Below are positions 38,529 to 53,115 of a stretch of 64,000 nt of DNA, piece by piece; the stretch's first letter is position 1; the number at the start of each line of letters is the position of its first letter. A model generated the notes under the pieces. The model did no database searches, was not told the origin of the DNA, and saw nothing but the letters and a program-made list of their open reading frames with translations. The stretch comes from Eledone cirrhosa (lineage: Eukaryota), in the NCBI GenBank assembly GCA_964016885.1, contig OZ024745.1, positions 72,044,001-72,108,000 of the forward strand. The letters are read 5' to 3'. Made by a program: the position numbers and the translations under genes.

Positions 38529-40154
38529 ACATATATATAGGTGGGGGAGGGAGAGAGAGAAAGAGATAGAGAAGGAGAGAGAGAGAGAGGGAGAGAACGC
38601 GAGAAAGAGTGACACACGCAAACACACACACACGTTCGTATATGTTTGACTGTTTGTATGTTGAATTATTCCATAGAACAGATAAAGGAAACAGAGTGCT
38701 CTATGCAATATACAGAGCTGGAATATTACAGTATATTTATTTTCAACACAGCTTCGTTACTATCATAGGTTTTCTTCGAGTTGTTTTCTAACGGTATTTA
38801 ATTTCTTTCATTTTTTTTTTGCCGATTCATTAAAAGAAATCTTTTCGACTTCTTTGAAAAATGATGTTTATGAAATGTTTGTAGTAGTTTTTACACCATC
38901 GAGAAACCAAGATCATTCTGGACGGTAGCCCCCCCCCCCCCGACCTACACCAACATAAAACATTAGCAGGAACGCATCTTAAATTAAAAACCTAGCCTAT
39001 CCATAAACAACTCAGCATCATAGAACACTATTCTTCACGGAAAAAAAGCCTAACTCAGCAAAATACACTATCATGACAATTATAGAAATATGCCTCAATT
39101 GAAAGATTGGGGTAAAGTAGGGCTTAATCTTCTTATGTGGTTAACAATCTAGAAAAACTACATAAGAAACTATTTCACAAAATACAATTTTCCGAAGAAG
39201 CCAAGAAAAGATTTCTTTTAAAGAATGAAGATTGAAAAAAGGATGCAATCGACAGAATTAGTGCTAAATTAAAAAAGAAACGTTACAGACTGTATCAAGC
39301 TTATCCCAGTTTTCATTGGGAACTGATGATTCTGAACCAAACTTCCTAACCATTCGGCCATGCTGTGTCAACGTTCTACGACAAAAAACTACCATTTGAA
39401 TCAAGACAAAACGAAAAAAATAATAATAAAGAAAAAGAAAGAGGAGAAAAATGAAAAACATGTATTTGGCAGTCATCTGGGATAAATGTCGAACAAATTA
39501 ATTTACCATTCCTATCATAGTTTTGTATAAATATTACTGATAACTTGCTAAATAAGTTTGAGTTTATCTTGAGTTCATTATAGATAATTTCACATAGAGA
39601 TGTCAAGTGAACAAAATCAGTTTCCTTCTCTCTGCATCTATTTTCACTTTTTTCTTTGTATCACTCTCTTACAGAGTATCTATGTTTACTTCTATGAGTA
39701 AGTTTCTGTGCATGCATGCAAACATAAACACGCACACTCTGCCAAATCGACCGTCATATATATATATATTGTTCCCACGCTCCACATATGACTTATTATC
39801 TTCGTTTTTTCGTTCATTGCCAGAGAACGTCTCTATGCACCACCTAAGAGAACATTAGTCTACGACCTCTTTTATACCATAAACGTGGTTCTGTCTTTGC
39901 GCGTAATTGTTTTTCACCGCTCCTATTAATGACGTATTATTCGTTTTTTCCCGTTCTTTGCCAGCGAACGTTTCCACGAACCAAAGTACCGTCTTCCTGT
40001 CTTCCTCCGGTTGCAACGTTTTTTGAAATATCCAGTTCTGCGTTTACAGATTAACTTTATTAGTTTCAGAAGATCCCGTTAAGGGTGAAAGCAGCGATTC
40101 TTTGCTTAAACTTTAATCTGTTATTTTAATAAATATATATATATATATATATAT

Positions 40155-40982
40155 AAAATTAGTCCTTCATCAGTGATCTTCCAACCGTCATTGGTATTTC
40201 TTCGCATTAAAGATCATATACCTCTGCTTGGTGCGAGCAATAACTAAAAAAAAGATATTGGGACACGTAAAATAGGGTGAAGCGAGCGAGAGATGTAAAC
40301 AAACAGAGATGGTAATGCGACGGAAAGAGAGGAAGAGGAGAAACAAGTCCATGATATCTGTGAACTTAAGTTCGGTGAAATCATAGACGAGGAGAGATAC
40401 AGACCATCCGACCTGGGTGAGATGTGAGCGAGAAAAGGATTTCACACAGGTCAAACGGGAGGAAGTGAGAGAGGGGAGTAGCAGAGAGTGAGTGAGTGAA
40501 AGTGTGAGGAAGAGGCCAGCTGAGAGAGCGTGACTGGCAGGGGGGGGGGGGGGGTAAACTGAATTTGAGAGATACAGAGAAAGGGGAAGCAGTAAGAAAG
40601 AAACAGACAGGTCACAGCGGAGTGAAAATATAAATATATGAAAAATGGCGTGCTGCGTTGTTGCAAATGGGGTACATATGAAGAAAATTAGTCCTTTATC
40701 AGTGATCTTCCAACCGTCATTGTTATTACTTCGCATTAAAGATCATATACCTCTGATTTCACCGAACTTAAGTTCACAGATATCACGGACTTGTTTCTCC
40801 TCTTCCTCTCTTTCCGTTGCATTACCACCTCTGTTTGTTTACATCTCTCGCTCGCTTCACCCTATTTTACGTGTCCCAATAATTATTTTTGAGTTATTGC
40901 TCGCACCAACCAGAGGTTGATGAAGGACTAATTTTATTCATATGTACCCCATTTGCAACAACGCAGCACGCCATTTTCCATA
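40155..40982. mobile_element. Family B3: ~529-bp unit, ~1.1 minus-strand copies plus inverted, internally deleted segment (40755-40982)
   Basis: Motif start recurs at 40162 and 40691; body homologous to B2; (TA)n at both ends. Confidence 0.8.
40162..40264 (-). ncRNA. Permuted hammerhead-like motif, family B3
   Basis: GUCC-CAAUAUC.loop.GUUAUUG-CUCGCA-CCAAGC-AGA-GGUAU-A^-UGAUCUU-UAA-UGCGAA-GAA-AUACC-AAU-GAC-GGUUGG-AAGAUCA-CUGAUGA-AGGAC (CCAACC in the copy near 40907). Confidence 0.68.
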
Positions 40983-41308
40983 TATATATATATATATAAT
41001 ATATCTAAAAAAGAAAATTTTAGCACTACATGGCTGAATACAATAAATGTAATCTGAGTTTTTCGAAAGCGGAGATATAAAGAGGTGCGATACAGAGTAT
41101 TACATGCCAAAATCGGGTGCATAGTGCTCGATGCTTGGGTTATCAGGGTTAAATATTAGAGATGGTTAATATTTAGTGTACAAGGATAAGCAGAGGCTGT
41201 GATAGGCAAAATGATTAATGAAAGAGTTGCAAGCCGTTAAAACATATCTTTATACATTTATAAAGATATGTTTTAACTGCTTGAAACTCTTTCATTAATT
41301 ATTTTGCC

Positions 41309-41339
<31 letters not shown>

Positions 41340-41380
41340 ATGTGTCTGTGTGTGTATGTATATATGTATATGTGTGTATG

Positions 41381-41418
<38 letters not shown>

Positions 41419-41478
41419 TGTATATATATATATACATACATACACACATATACATATACATATATACATACACACACA

Positions 41479-41564
<86 letters not shown>

Positions 41565-42078
41565 GACATACACGCACACACTGGCCACTGAATTTTGTCC
41601 TTTGAAGTATGTTTACCCGACTTGCATCCTGACATTGATGGCATTTGTCTGTTTTAATAGCTATTCATATACTCTCACGTTTCGTCTCGATTTTCGAGAG
41701 AACAAAGTTTACACATATATATACTCTTTTACCGTGTTAATCTTTTACCTGTTTCAGCCAACTGGCTGAGGTCATACTGAGGCACCGCCATTGTCGCTAC
41801 ACTTTCTATAGCCACCCTTCATTGATCTGCCGCTAATATAACTTTATAAGGATGGACAACATAGGAACAGGCACAACTATGGGGTTAAGGAATTTATTTT
41901 TCAGTGACGTAGTTCCTTTTTCGATATTACTGCACAGCACTTTGGAAAAGTCTCTTCAACTGTAGTTTCTATTTAACCAATGTCTGGTGAGAAGTGTTTG
42001 TCAGTTGATAATTGTGAAGACCAATCGTATACATACACACTGGGTCTCTTTTTTTTACATCGAAAGTCACTCGATAAA

Positions 42079-42448
42079 TAATTATTTCTACTTTAGGCAC
42101 AAGGCCAGCAATTACTCAGTGCATTACTTGTACTTTATTTTATCGACCCCGTAAGGATGAAAGGCAAAGTCAACCTCGGCGGGATTTGAACTCAGATCGT
42201 AAGGGTACATAACTATGCTGGAAAGCATGGCGTCCGACCCCCTACCGATACTGCCAATTCACCGCCATCGATAAATAATTGTTTCTACTATAGGCACAAG
42301 GCCAGCAATTACCCAGTACATTACTGGTACTTTATTTTATCGACCCCGTAAGGATGAAAGGCAAAGTTAACCTCGGCGGGATTTGAACTCAGAATGGCAA
42401 GGGCCGTAACTCTATGCGTCAAAGCAAGTCGTCCGACCCTCTACCGAT
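42079..42448 (-). mobile_element. Two tandem SINE S1 copies
   Basis: Consensus repeated head-to-tail. Confidence 0.85.
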
Positions 42449-42950
42449 CGATAAATAATAATTGATAAAAGATGTACTAAACTGACATAAGGTCCGGGTT
42501 TGAAAAGATCGACTAAAACCCCTGATGGCAGTGCCTGAAAATGGCGGTAGTCTAATGAGTGAAACTAATAAAAAGATTTTAAAGCCAGGATTTATTATGA
42601 ATTACTAGTAATTATTTCATTGATCTCAGAATTATGAAAGACAAAGTTTTCTTCAGAGGGATACGAAACAAAAAACAGCGATTCCGAGTGAAATTTTGGG
42701 CGGTGGAGAAAGCATAATTGTAAGTCTCCGCCTCCTTTCAACATTAAAGGTAAATGAGAGGTTTCTTTAGTTGAAGAATGTCAGATGGACCATCTCCTTG
42801 GCTCTCCTGATACCGGACTAATGTACCGTTTCACCCTCTCTCCTACAAGCCCTTGCAGAAAAACTCGGATGATGTGATTGATCACGGTAAAACTTTATGG
42901 CAGCTTTCTTCCATATATGTTAATTCAATACTTTCTAATTACATATAACA

Positions 42951-43325
42951 TAATTGTTTCTACTTTTGGCACAAGGCCAGCAATTATCCCAGTGCATTAC
43001 TGGTACTTTATTTTATCGACCCCGTAAGGATGAAAGGCAAAGTTAACCTTGGTGCGATTTGAACTCAGAATGTAAAGGGCCATAACTCTATGCTGCAAAG
43101 CATGGTGTTTGATGCTCTACCGATTCTGCCAATTAATAATTGTTTCTACTTTTGTCACAAGGCCAGCAATTATCACAGTGCATTACTGGTACTTTATTTT
43201 ATCGACCCCGTAAGGATGAAAGGCAAAGTTAACCTTGGTGCGATTTGAACTCAGAATGGAAAGGGCCATAACTCTATGCGTCAAAGCATGGCGTCCGACC
43301 CTCTACCGTTACTGCCAATCCACCA
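42951..43325 (-). mobile_element. Two tandem SINE S1 copies
   Basis: Consensus repeated; both share the CTTGGTGCGATT variant. Confidence 0.85.
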
Positions 43326-43774
43326 CAGTAACATAATACTTCAAAATATGTGATCTAAACAGTTTTATATAAATTATATGTCTACCTCGCAGTACTGGAT
43401 GGTTAAGTATTCATGTCCTTTTTAACGCTTACACGGCTGTCATGATTATTACCACTGAATTATGAATAACATCTTTACTAGACATCCATGACGAACTCAC
43501 GTGCAAAATTATTAATTCAATATCTAGATTAAATTGGAGAACTTTCCAAAGATTGGCACATACCTTATGCATACATGAATGTATGTAATTGTGGGTGTTT
43601 GCCTTACAGATATGCGAATCTGATATGAGTAAGATGTATCATGAAGCAGGAATTACAGTCTTAGGTCATATTAATAAACACTCTTGCATGATGTTGCTTC
43701 ATGTGATTTAAGAAACGACGGACAGTTATATGACTGCATTTATATACAAATGATCACTTGAGTTACGGTTATAT

Positions 43775-43860
43775 ATTTCCCTTCTTTAATGAAATCGTAG
43801 TCAAGTGATATATTAACATTTCCCTTCTTTAATGAAATCGTAGTCAAGTGATATATTAAC
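43775..43860. repeat. Exact 43-bp tandem duplication
   Basis: ATTTCCCTTCTTTAATGAAATCGTAGTCAAGTGATATATTAAC twice. Confidence 0.9.
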
Positions 43861-45124
43861 AAATTATTTAATATTTAAGTATTTTGATTTCCTTTCCTGA
43901 TTTTATCGTCATCCTGGTTAAAATGGTTTCTTTTATTTCCCCACATCTCCGGTCTTTTAACGAATGTTTTACATAACTTCATATATTACGACAAGCTCCT
44001 CTTTCCTAGCATTTGCTTTTACATATTTTCCTTCTTTCTTTCCAAGCCGTCTTCCTTCCACTTTTGCATACTTTATACTATTGATAGCGATAAGCGAGAA
44101 AGCATCCTGTTTTGATTTTTCCATAGACATATTTCATTAAAAAATATATATTTATATTTAGCTTAGATATATTTACTCCCAACCCCATCCCCACCCTGCA
44201 GTAAATAGACGCCGTTTGTTCGTGGCATGAACCACCATTGTTCATTTGTTGCTCAATATAGTATTAGCCTTTTCAGTGCCTTTTTTTATACTTCATTGTT
44301 ACATACTTTAATCTTCATTCAACATCTCATCCTCTTCCCATGTTTAGTCATGGCCTCCACCACATATGCATTTAATTTGACTCATTTGTTTCCCTTACTT
44401 CTTCCTCGAGGTTTGCTCTACCCCTCCTCTCTACACCCCTATATACTCCTTTATATTTATATAGCCATGAAGCTATATCAGTGGCTCAAGGGCCTAGAGA
44501 TTTGTACCACACAGAAACGCACACACATATGGTCTGATGATGGATAGCAATAAAGTATAGGAAATAAAGTATTTCAGCCATTAAATAATTTGAAATTCTT
44601 CAGTAAATATTGATGGAAGCGTGTGAAAGAATTATCAATTGTAAAATTGCTAGTAAAATGTTTCATATCTCCGAGAGACAGAGAAGACACTGTTTTTGTT
44701 ACAATTAATGTAGGGGGACATAAGTTATAACAGTAGACCACTTGCCTTGGTAATTGTTAATATTATCATCCTTTACATTTCGGATATATTTAGAAAGTGA
44801 ACTGATGAGGCCTCTTTCAGAATGTCTGAATACATACATACGTTAAGAGAATTTTTTTTTAAAGAGGATTTTCAGTAAATTATTAAAAAATGTTTCTTTT
44901 ATTGTTATCTATTGGTGATACAGTTGCTTGATAAAGTAATATTTTAGAAATACATTTGTGCGGATAAATGTTAGGGTTGTAGCAATTATATACAGGAAAG
45001 AAGTATTGAATATATTCAATAAAAATGTATTCTGTTTTTACCGGATACAGATGCAACGGACTATTTCATTTATTTAGTTTTACTCATGATCCACATATAT
45101 TGTATAACATATAACCACTTTAAA

Positions 45125-45400
45125 AGGGCTGTGGAGGCCTAGTGGTAAGGGTGTTGGACTTACGAGCATAACGTCGTGGGTTTGATTCCTGAGTTGGGTT
45201 CCGTGTTGTGCTCTTGAGCAAAATACTTCATTTCACGTTGCATACATAGCTGCGAATGAGTACCAGCAATAGCCGGGGATTTAATCCTGTGATGGACTGG
45301 TGTCCTGTCCATGGTGGAGTTTAGTTCTGTTACTTGCTTCACGCCACGAAACCGGGATATGCACTGGCTTAACGAGACTTCTGGCTTGAGACAGACTTAG
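45125..45400 (+). mobile_element. tRNA-derived SINE, family S2
   Basis: GGCCTAGTGGTAAG (A box), GGTTTGATTCC (B box), GTG.TCTTGAGCAAAATACTT central block; related 5' part at 63226-63345. Confidence 0.75.
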
Positions 45401-45985
45401 ATTTGAAAGGTTCCGAGCTCCCCAGAAACCATCCCTTTAACCCACTTGTATCCCATAGTTGACCTATTGCCGACTCCTACATTAGAGATTGTATATTCTT
45501 TTCTCTATGATCGGTTTCTTTGAGCGATTTTAATGTTTGTTTTATTAAGGCGTTCTTTATATCGGCTATCGTTTAATTTACTAATTCCTTGATTCTTCCA
45601 TATTCCATTGGTCAGATTCGCTCAAATTTATCTGTATATCGTTTTTCAGATCGTATTATTTTCAAGTTGTTTATCTGAAATTTATATCTGTATATAGTTT
45701 CCAAGTAGTTAATTCCCTAGATGCTCTGTCTACTATTTGACTTATTATTTTATATTTGAGCTAGTTATTTATTCAATTAATTACGCCGCTAAATGAACTC
45801 AGATTAAACCATTTCGATTAAGTTTGTTTCGTGTTTGTCATGAATATTGTGGCTATAAATTCTCTTCGAAGGCGGGTGTTTGCTTACAACATCAAATGGA
45901 ACGAATGGCAATGCACGGAACGTAGACTCGACTGAAATAAATACATCATTTATTATAAAAGCCGATTATCTATAGATATTGTATT

Positions 45986-46020
<35 letters not shown>

Positions 46021-46024
<4 letters not shown>

Positions 46025-46889
46025 GTTTACATATATATATATATATAAAGTCATAAATATATATGTGTTTTGCAACGGGTCACTTTGTGGCGCAAGGAAG
46101 AACTAATAAATTAAATAATCAGAGCTATATATCATAAAACATGTCAAAAGAATCGCCAGATAAAATATATACCGTTTCCTCTCCCAATTAGTATAATTAA
46201 CCATATAAAAAATCAATTAGACCAAGCTATAAGAATAAAGGCTCCTATGAAGAAATCTCCGACAAATAACCGAAAGCAGCCCCTTCGCGGCGGTTATGAC
46301 GGATTATTTATGGAATATTTCTACAGCATGTATAAATCGACCAGATATACAGTCAACTAAACAGAATTAGGTGTAAAATAAACTAGAAGAAAGTGTACAT
46401 ATTTTATTACCTTTACCATGGTTTCATCCGCATTTTAAGACATCCGATAACATTGGAAATCTAGAGCTTCGGATTCTTCAGGAAGTTAGCTCAAATTTAG
46501 AAAATTAATTTTCCAAAGTGATCGCGCCAAGAATACATTAAAAAATGGCTAAGAATCGTGACGTGGCAGCGGTCAAGTTAGAAAGGATGTGATTAGTTGC
46601 TTACGGCTGGTAGGCCTTTTGCTAGAAAGCGCAGCCCAATACAGTCAAAATTGTATCTCAACCTAACGGGAGATTATTACATATAAAGGTTTACATGCTG
46701 TAGAAATATTCGATAAATAATCCGTCGTAACCGCCGCGAAGGGGCTGCTTTCGGTTATTTGTCGGAGATTTCTTCATAGGAGCCTTTATTCTTATAGCTT
46801 GGTCTAATTGATTTTTTATATGGTTAATTATACTAATTGGGAGAGGAAACGGTATATATTTTATCTGGCGATTCTATAGACATGTTTTA

Positions 46890-46895
<6 letters not shown>
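46021..46895 (-). mobile_element. Fold-back HHR element: ~665-bp unit plus ~205-bp inverted copy, in (TA)n
   Basis: ~46127-46332 is the reverse complement of ~46691-46895; AAAGGTTTACAT at both 46021 and 46685. Confidence 0.75.
46409..46486 (-). ncRNA. Type I hammerhead with enlarged loop II
   Basis: ACUUC-CUGAAGA-AUCCG-[~39 nt]-CGGAU-GAAAC-CAUG-GUA^-AAGGU; palindromic stem III; one mismatch at the base of stem I. Confidence 0.65.
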
Positions 46896-46960
<65 letters not shown>

Positions 46961-47137
46961 AATAACATTAAGAAAGATGGTGATGTTACATAAATCTTTT
47001 ATTCATTATAATTATTTCAACGGTTACCTTATGCAATTCACGATGTAACGTATGCATTTGTTGTTGGTATGGGAACGGTATCCTCAGATTAAAACCCTGA
47101 TTATTTGATATGCCCGAGGCAAAAAAATACACGTCCT

Positions 47138-47252
<115 letters not shown>

Positions 47253-49256
47253 TGCTAATTTGACTCTTGCGCAATCAATTGTATCTAAGTCGTTCGATTG
47301 AATATCAGTATGTTCTACGACAGAAAATCTACACTTATAAAGAATAGACTACATGCAACATCTCTAACGACATCTAAATTTGTATTGCGGACACGGTTAG
47401 TTGAAGTCTTACTAATCTTTAGGCCTCGTATTGGTTAACATATTCAATATTCCGGAGAAATATTGGTATTGTGCCCAAAGAAAGAATCGAATATTTTATA
47501 TTATATCCCATCGTTTAATGAAAATTGCTAGTATTTTGCAAGCAGACGATCAAATAATTAATGTTTCATAGGATGTATTTCTAGTAAGAAGGCTGCAAAT
47601 TGACAAAGTCATTACAATGTTGAATAGAATGCTTTCCAGTATTTGTTTCGGCTCTCTGCGTGACTGCAGTTCAAATCCTTCCGGTTGAGGTCAACTTCGC
47701 CCTCCGTTCTTTTGAGGCGAAATAAAGTATCAGTTTGTACAGGAGTTTTCTTCAATATTACTTCCCCTATCTCACTTTCTCTCACCTGTAGAGGAGATGG
47801 TCTCCATTAGGTTTAAAATGCCCAAGACACGCCGCCAGGAATTACGTATCCACACATACATGTCTTGTAAATATTGTCACTGATGAAATAAACTCCCGAG
47901 AGAAATTCAACTAGATAGTTTGATTTGCTACATATAGCATACAGATGTACATCAGCCACAACCTACCGCTGGAAAAATGTAAGAGCACAGAGGACAATGT
48001 GAATCTAGATATACTTAAAATATACAAAAATAAAATAAGGTTACACAGAGCTCAGAGGTTTTCTCGATCCGGGTTGATTTAAAGTTAAACAATAGCTTCT
48101 GTTGTGGAAATAAATTTCCCTTGCCAGAAGGGGCATCTACTTTATTGCTTGACTGGCTGGAAATAGTGACCAATCCTTCCCAAATTCACACTTTACTATA
48201 GTGATCCTAGTTCTGTCCGATCACAAACCACTTGAAGATAGGCAGTAACAACAACTCTCAATTCTACTTAGAATTTTAAACCATTTACATTTTGTTGAAA
48301 ACATTGCTTTCTTATCTTATACTTTGCTTCGTAAGCAACTTTTCAGGTATTTTGAGTATGTATATTGTTTACGCAACGTCGTCAAAATGTATATATTCAA
48401 ATATATGCACAAATATACATACATTTACATAATTATTTGGACAAAAGACGCACACTAATAAAAAAAAAGAAAAAAAAAAAAAAGGAAAAAAACAACAAAT
48501 TGGGAATTAATTTGATATATAAACACAAGATACAAATTAACGTGGTAATTTCAAAAATACCCAGGTATTTGAAACATTACAGGAATATATAAATAGATAT
48601 ACACACACACATGCAGAATACACACACACATGCAGAACACACACACACACACACATATAAAACGCAAACATACATAAACACGTAAACACAAAATGGACAT
48701 TAACATCTTTCTGTGTTTTGTCACTGACAGTCTTGACCTTATTTCACTTTAGTCACATTGACATAGGTCACATCACGGAGTGATTACTCTAATTCTTATC
48801 GCAGACAACTCATTAATCATATATCTCTTTACAATCCCAACTTACCAAACAACCCAGCCTGAATTAACTTGAATTACTTGCCAGCTGAGAAGCCTCTTAA
48901 ACGTCGCTCGAACTGCTAGAAATTGTAGTCAAATATCCTCCAAATAATGTCCTAATGTCTTTAAAAATTAATGGGCACGTTGGATAATGAAATCCTATTA
49001 CATTTATTTCACTCATTGGAATCTTTGCCATTCTGGAGTACCACCTTCATGAGTTTTTAGTCAAATATTTATCTTTTTTTTCTCTCATTTACCATGGATC
49101 TCTCACTGTTTCCCGTTCGTTTTTACATTTTACGTTAATTACCACTACCAACCATTCCACTATTACTATACAACTAGATAATGCTAATTTCTCTCGTGTC
49201 TGTCATAACATCGTAAAGTTTTTAACCGCTCTTTCATTGAGTGATTCAACTTTTAT

Positions 49257-49760
<504 letters not shown>

Positions 49761-50066
49761 CACTTCCTTTCATATAAGTCCATTTGTATGAATTAACCAC
49801 ATATAGAGAGATGTGTATAGCAGTTGATCTAGTTCCACCACGTCACCATGCACTACACCATGTATGTTAGATCCAGTCAATATTTCAACGCCACGTTTTC
49901 TGAAACGTCATTCACCGCTGTTTACTTAATTTCTTATATTTTAAGAAATCAACTCCTTTTTTTTAAATATTCATTTTGTATAAATCCCTATATACGCCTG
50001 TGTTTGTACCTACACACATTATAAGTCTACATGATGTACGACCTAATGACAATATTAAGAGAAACA

Positions 50067-50240
50067 TGGTGGATTGGCAGTATCGGTAGATGGTCGGACG
50101 CCATGCTTTGCAGCAAAGAGTTACGGCCCTTGCCATTCTGAGTTCAAATCCCGCCGAGGTTAACTTTGCCTTTCATCCTTACGGGGTCGATAAAATAAAG
50201 TACCAGTAATGCACTGGGGTCGATTTAATCGACTTTCCCC
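50067..50240 (+). mobile_element. SINE S1 lacking its tail, abutting a CRE fragment
   Basis: Consensus stops at GACTTTCCCCT. Confidence 0.85.
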
Positions 50241-50570
50241 TGCGAGTTGGAATGGCTCTTCCAGCGCATCTCCCTTACTATCCTCCGGAGAAACGCCTTC
50301 TCCATTCTGTCCGCCGGGGCTGTGGAGAGGCCAGCACATGAGACCCCATTTGCTCACCATACGGAGAGATGGGGAGGGCGAGAGAGGTGGAGGTGATGAC
50401 AGTGGGAGTTCGGCTCTTCCACGTTCGGACCATATCCTTGTGGTTGTGTTCATTAAGCAGTTTATTTCCTTATTGTTTCATTCCACATTATAAATTGCAT
50501 GCTGGAAAGTTTATATATTTTATTAACATAAAGACATGATATCAAAATTAAAAAACATAAACAAAAAAAC
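50239..50570 (+). pseudogene. 3' end of a CRE-clade-like (RLE) non-LTR retrotransposon
   Basis: Manual translation PCELEWLFQRISLTILRRNAFSILSAG resembles the ..LFQRIS.A..RGNA..IL terminus of CRE-type ORFs; A-rich end near 50545-50570. Confidence 0.6.
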
Positions 50571-50632
50571 CTATAAAACCCATATCGTTTGTATTTCAAT
50601 GGATTCGAAAGTTCTAATAATTCACTTCACTA

Positions 50633-50846
50633 ATATGGTTTCTAATTTAGGCACAAGGTCAACAATTTTGGAGGAGGTGAAAGTCGATTAAATAACCTCA
50701 GTACGTTATTGGTACTTTATTTTTCGACCCCGAAGGACGAAAGGTAAAGCTAACCATGGCGAGATTTGAACTTAGAACGTAGAGGGGCGTAACTTTATGC
50801 CACAAGCATGTGGTCCGACGCTCTACCGATACTGCAAATCCACCGC
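50633..50846 (-). mobile_element. SINE S1
   Basis: Consensus match. Confidence 0.75.
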
Positions 50847-51326
50847 TCTATTCACCACATTAATATACCATGTATTTATGATCCATACTCAATCTCACCA
50901 ATCTGCTTTTTTTCTACTATTAAACTGTTTCATTACACACTTTTTTCAGACATGTCATTCTCCTATGTTTACTTGAAAAAAAAAATGTATGCTTACATGA
51001 AAAAAAAAAATCAACTCCTCTTCTTAACTATAATGATTACATAAACATGTAATATAATGGCGTTACAGGTTATTTTCTTTACATATTTTAAAAAACTTTT
51101 TCTGTTATGGTGAGGTTTAGAAATTTATGCATTTACATAAATATTTGTTTTGTGTATTTAATAGACTGCAGGACGACTATGTTACCAAAACTAGAACATG
51201 CTTGTTATATAGAATTTCTTATGAATGATATATTCATTCTGCATATAGTGTATTATAAACCTCACTCCACCTATGTGCATAAAGGCAGGGATATTTAGAA
51301 TAGTATGTTCTCACGCACACACACAC

Positions 51327-51382
<56 letters not shown>

Positions 51383-51629
51383 GTGCGTGTGTGTGTGTAT
51401 GTATGTGTGTGTGTATGTGTGTGTGTTTGTCTGTATGTGTGTCTGAGTGTTTGCATATTATTAATATCTTCTCGACACATTTGATCACTATTTTAGGTTT
51501 CAATGTCTGCCCCTGTATTATCCATCAAGTAGATTATTGTAAAAGATTCATGGCTAATACTGGACGAGGCGTTGAAACCTAAGGTAGCGATCAACTGATA
51601 CGATCTAGTAGGAAAATACACAATGCACT

Positions 51630-52085
51630 TCTCATGTAGGTGCCTCTAAAACCACACTATGATTCAGGAAGAAAATTGTCAGTGATTTTATCAAGCAATC
51701 TGCCCAGCATGATCTTACACGACTGACAGGAGGGCTATCCCAGATAATTACGACAATCATCCTTTGCACATTTTCCTTTATAAAGCAGTATCATCAATGC
51801 ATATTTCAAGTCTTGGAGAACACTTTATTCCTCCCAAACCTTATGTACCAGCTGTGTAAGAAGTCGAAGAATGTTTTGATTTCTACATTTCAGTACCTCA
51901 GCACAAATACCATCCCACCCTGGAGATTTTCCATTATTGAGTTCCACTTCCGTCAAGGTAAGACTTTCTGCTAGCACTTCATTTGTAGGCCAACTAGGAA
52001 TTGACTCAATAAACTCCCCATTGACCTGAGAAGGTCTATTCAAATGATTATTGAAGTGTTTCCTCCATCTCAAAAGGATGTCCTT
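51630..52085 (-). pseudogene. Old internal RTE fragment (linker and RT start)
   Basis: RWRKHFNNHLNRPS...NGKSPGWDGICAEVLK, parallel to ~4200-4670 of the main RTE. Confidence 0.8.
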
Positions 52086-52726
52086 TAACTTGAAACATTA
52101 TGATATAAATATTGGTATTACAAGACTAAACACTTGCTAAAACGAATTTGTTATCAGTTGAAAGTTCTTTTGCATCGGTCCATGTAGTAGTGCTATTGCA
52201 ATAAATATTATGCCCTTATCATTAGTTCATAGATATAGAAATAATATATAAAAAAAAAAAAACGAAATTTGATCCTGTCGAATTCAATTTCATACAATCC
52301 AGCCTATGTTTCTGTGCAAGAGATGCATATGCTTATATTCCTTGACAGTTAATGTACTTTTAGTCTCGCTCTTAATTCGGTTCTTTAGCAGATGTTTTTA
52401 TCGTTTATTACTCACCCCATGCAGTCTCTCTTTCTTAGGAAACTCAGCCATATTTTATGCAAATTGTTGTTCCTAAGAATCACATATTTTATGAATTTAT
52501 TTGACGTTCAAGTATATATAGTGTATATAAATATAGATCCACATGTGCTAGTCATGTGCAATTATCTATGTGCAATTATATGTGATTGTAGAGGATTACA
52601 TATTTACGGAACTAAAGAGTCGTTGCAGTCAGAAATGACTCCGTTCTAATAAAAAATAATAATGTATTTTCGTTTCTTCTCCTTATCCTCGTTTATCTTT
52701 CTATTTCTTCTTTTATTTCTCATTTA

Positions 52727-52765
52727 TCTTCTGATGAAGGACTAACGTCCAAAACATTCAGACTG
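52727..52765 (+). ncRNA. Degenerate Penelope-type hammerhead remnant
   Basis: CUGAUGA-A-GGAC-uaac-GUCC-AAAAC; G12 mutated, probably inactive. Confidence 0.5.
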
Positions 52766-52904
52766 TTTTCCTACTTGTATCAAACGTTAAACTAATATAT
52801 ATTAATATATATATTCATTGTACTTCATTGTTTCCCTGCTGTGTTTATCCATTTACATATATATATATATGTATGTATATATATTCATGCACACACACAC
52901 ACAC

Positions 52905-53111
<207 letters not shown>

Positions 53112-53115
53112 GATA

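Noticed and set aside
44800-44840. CTGATGAGGC...GTCTGAATAC
   Set aside because: Too degenerate to call a hammerhead
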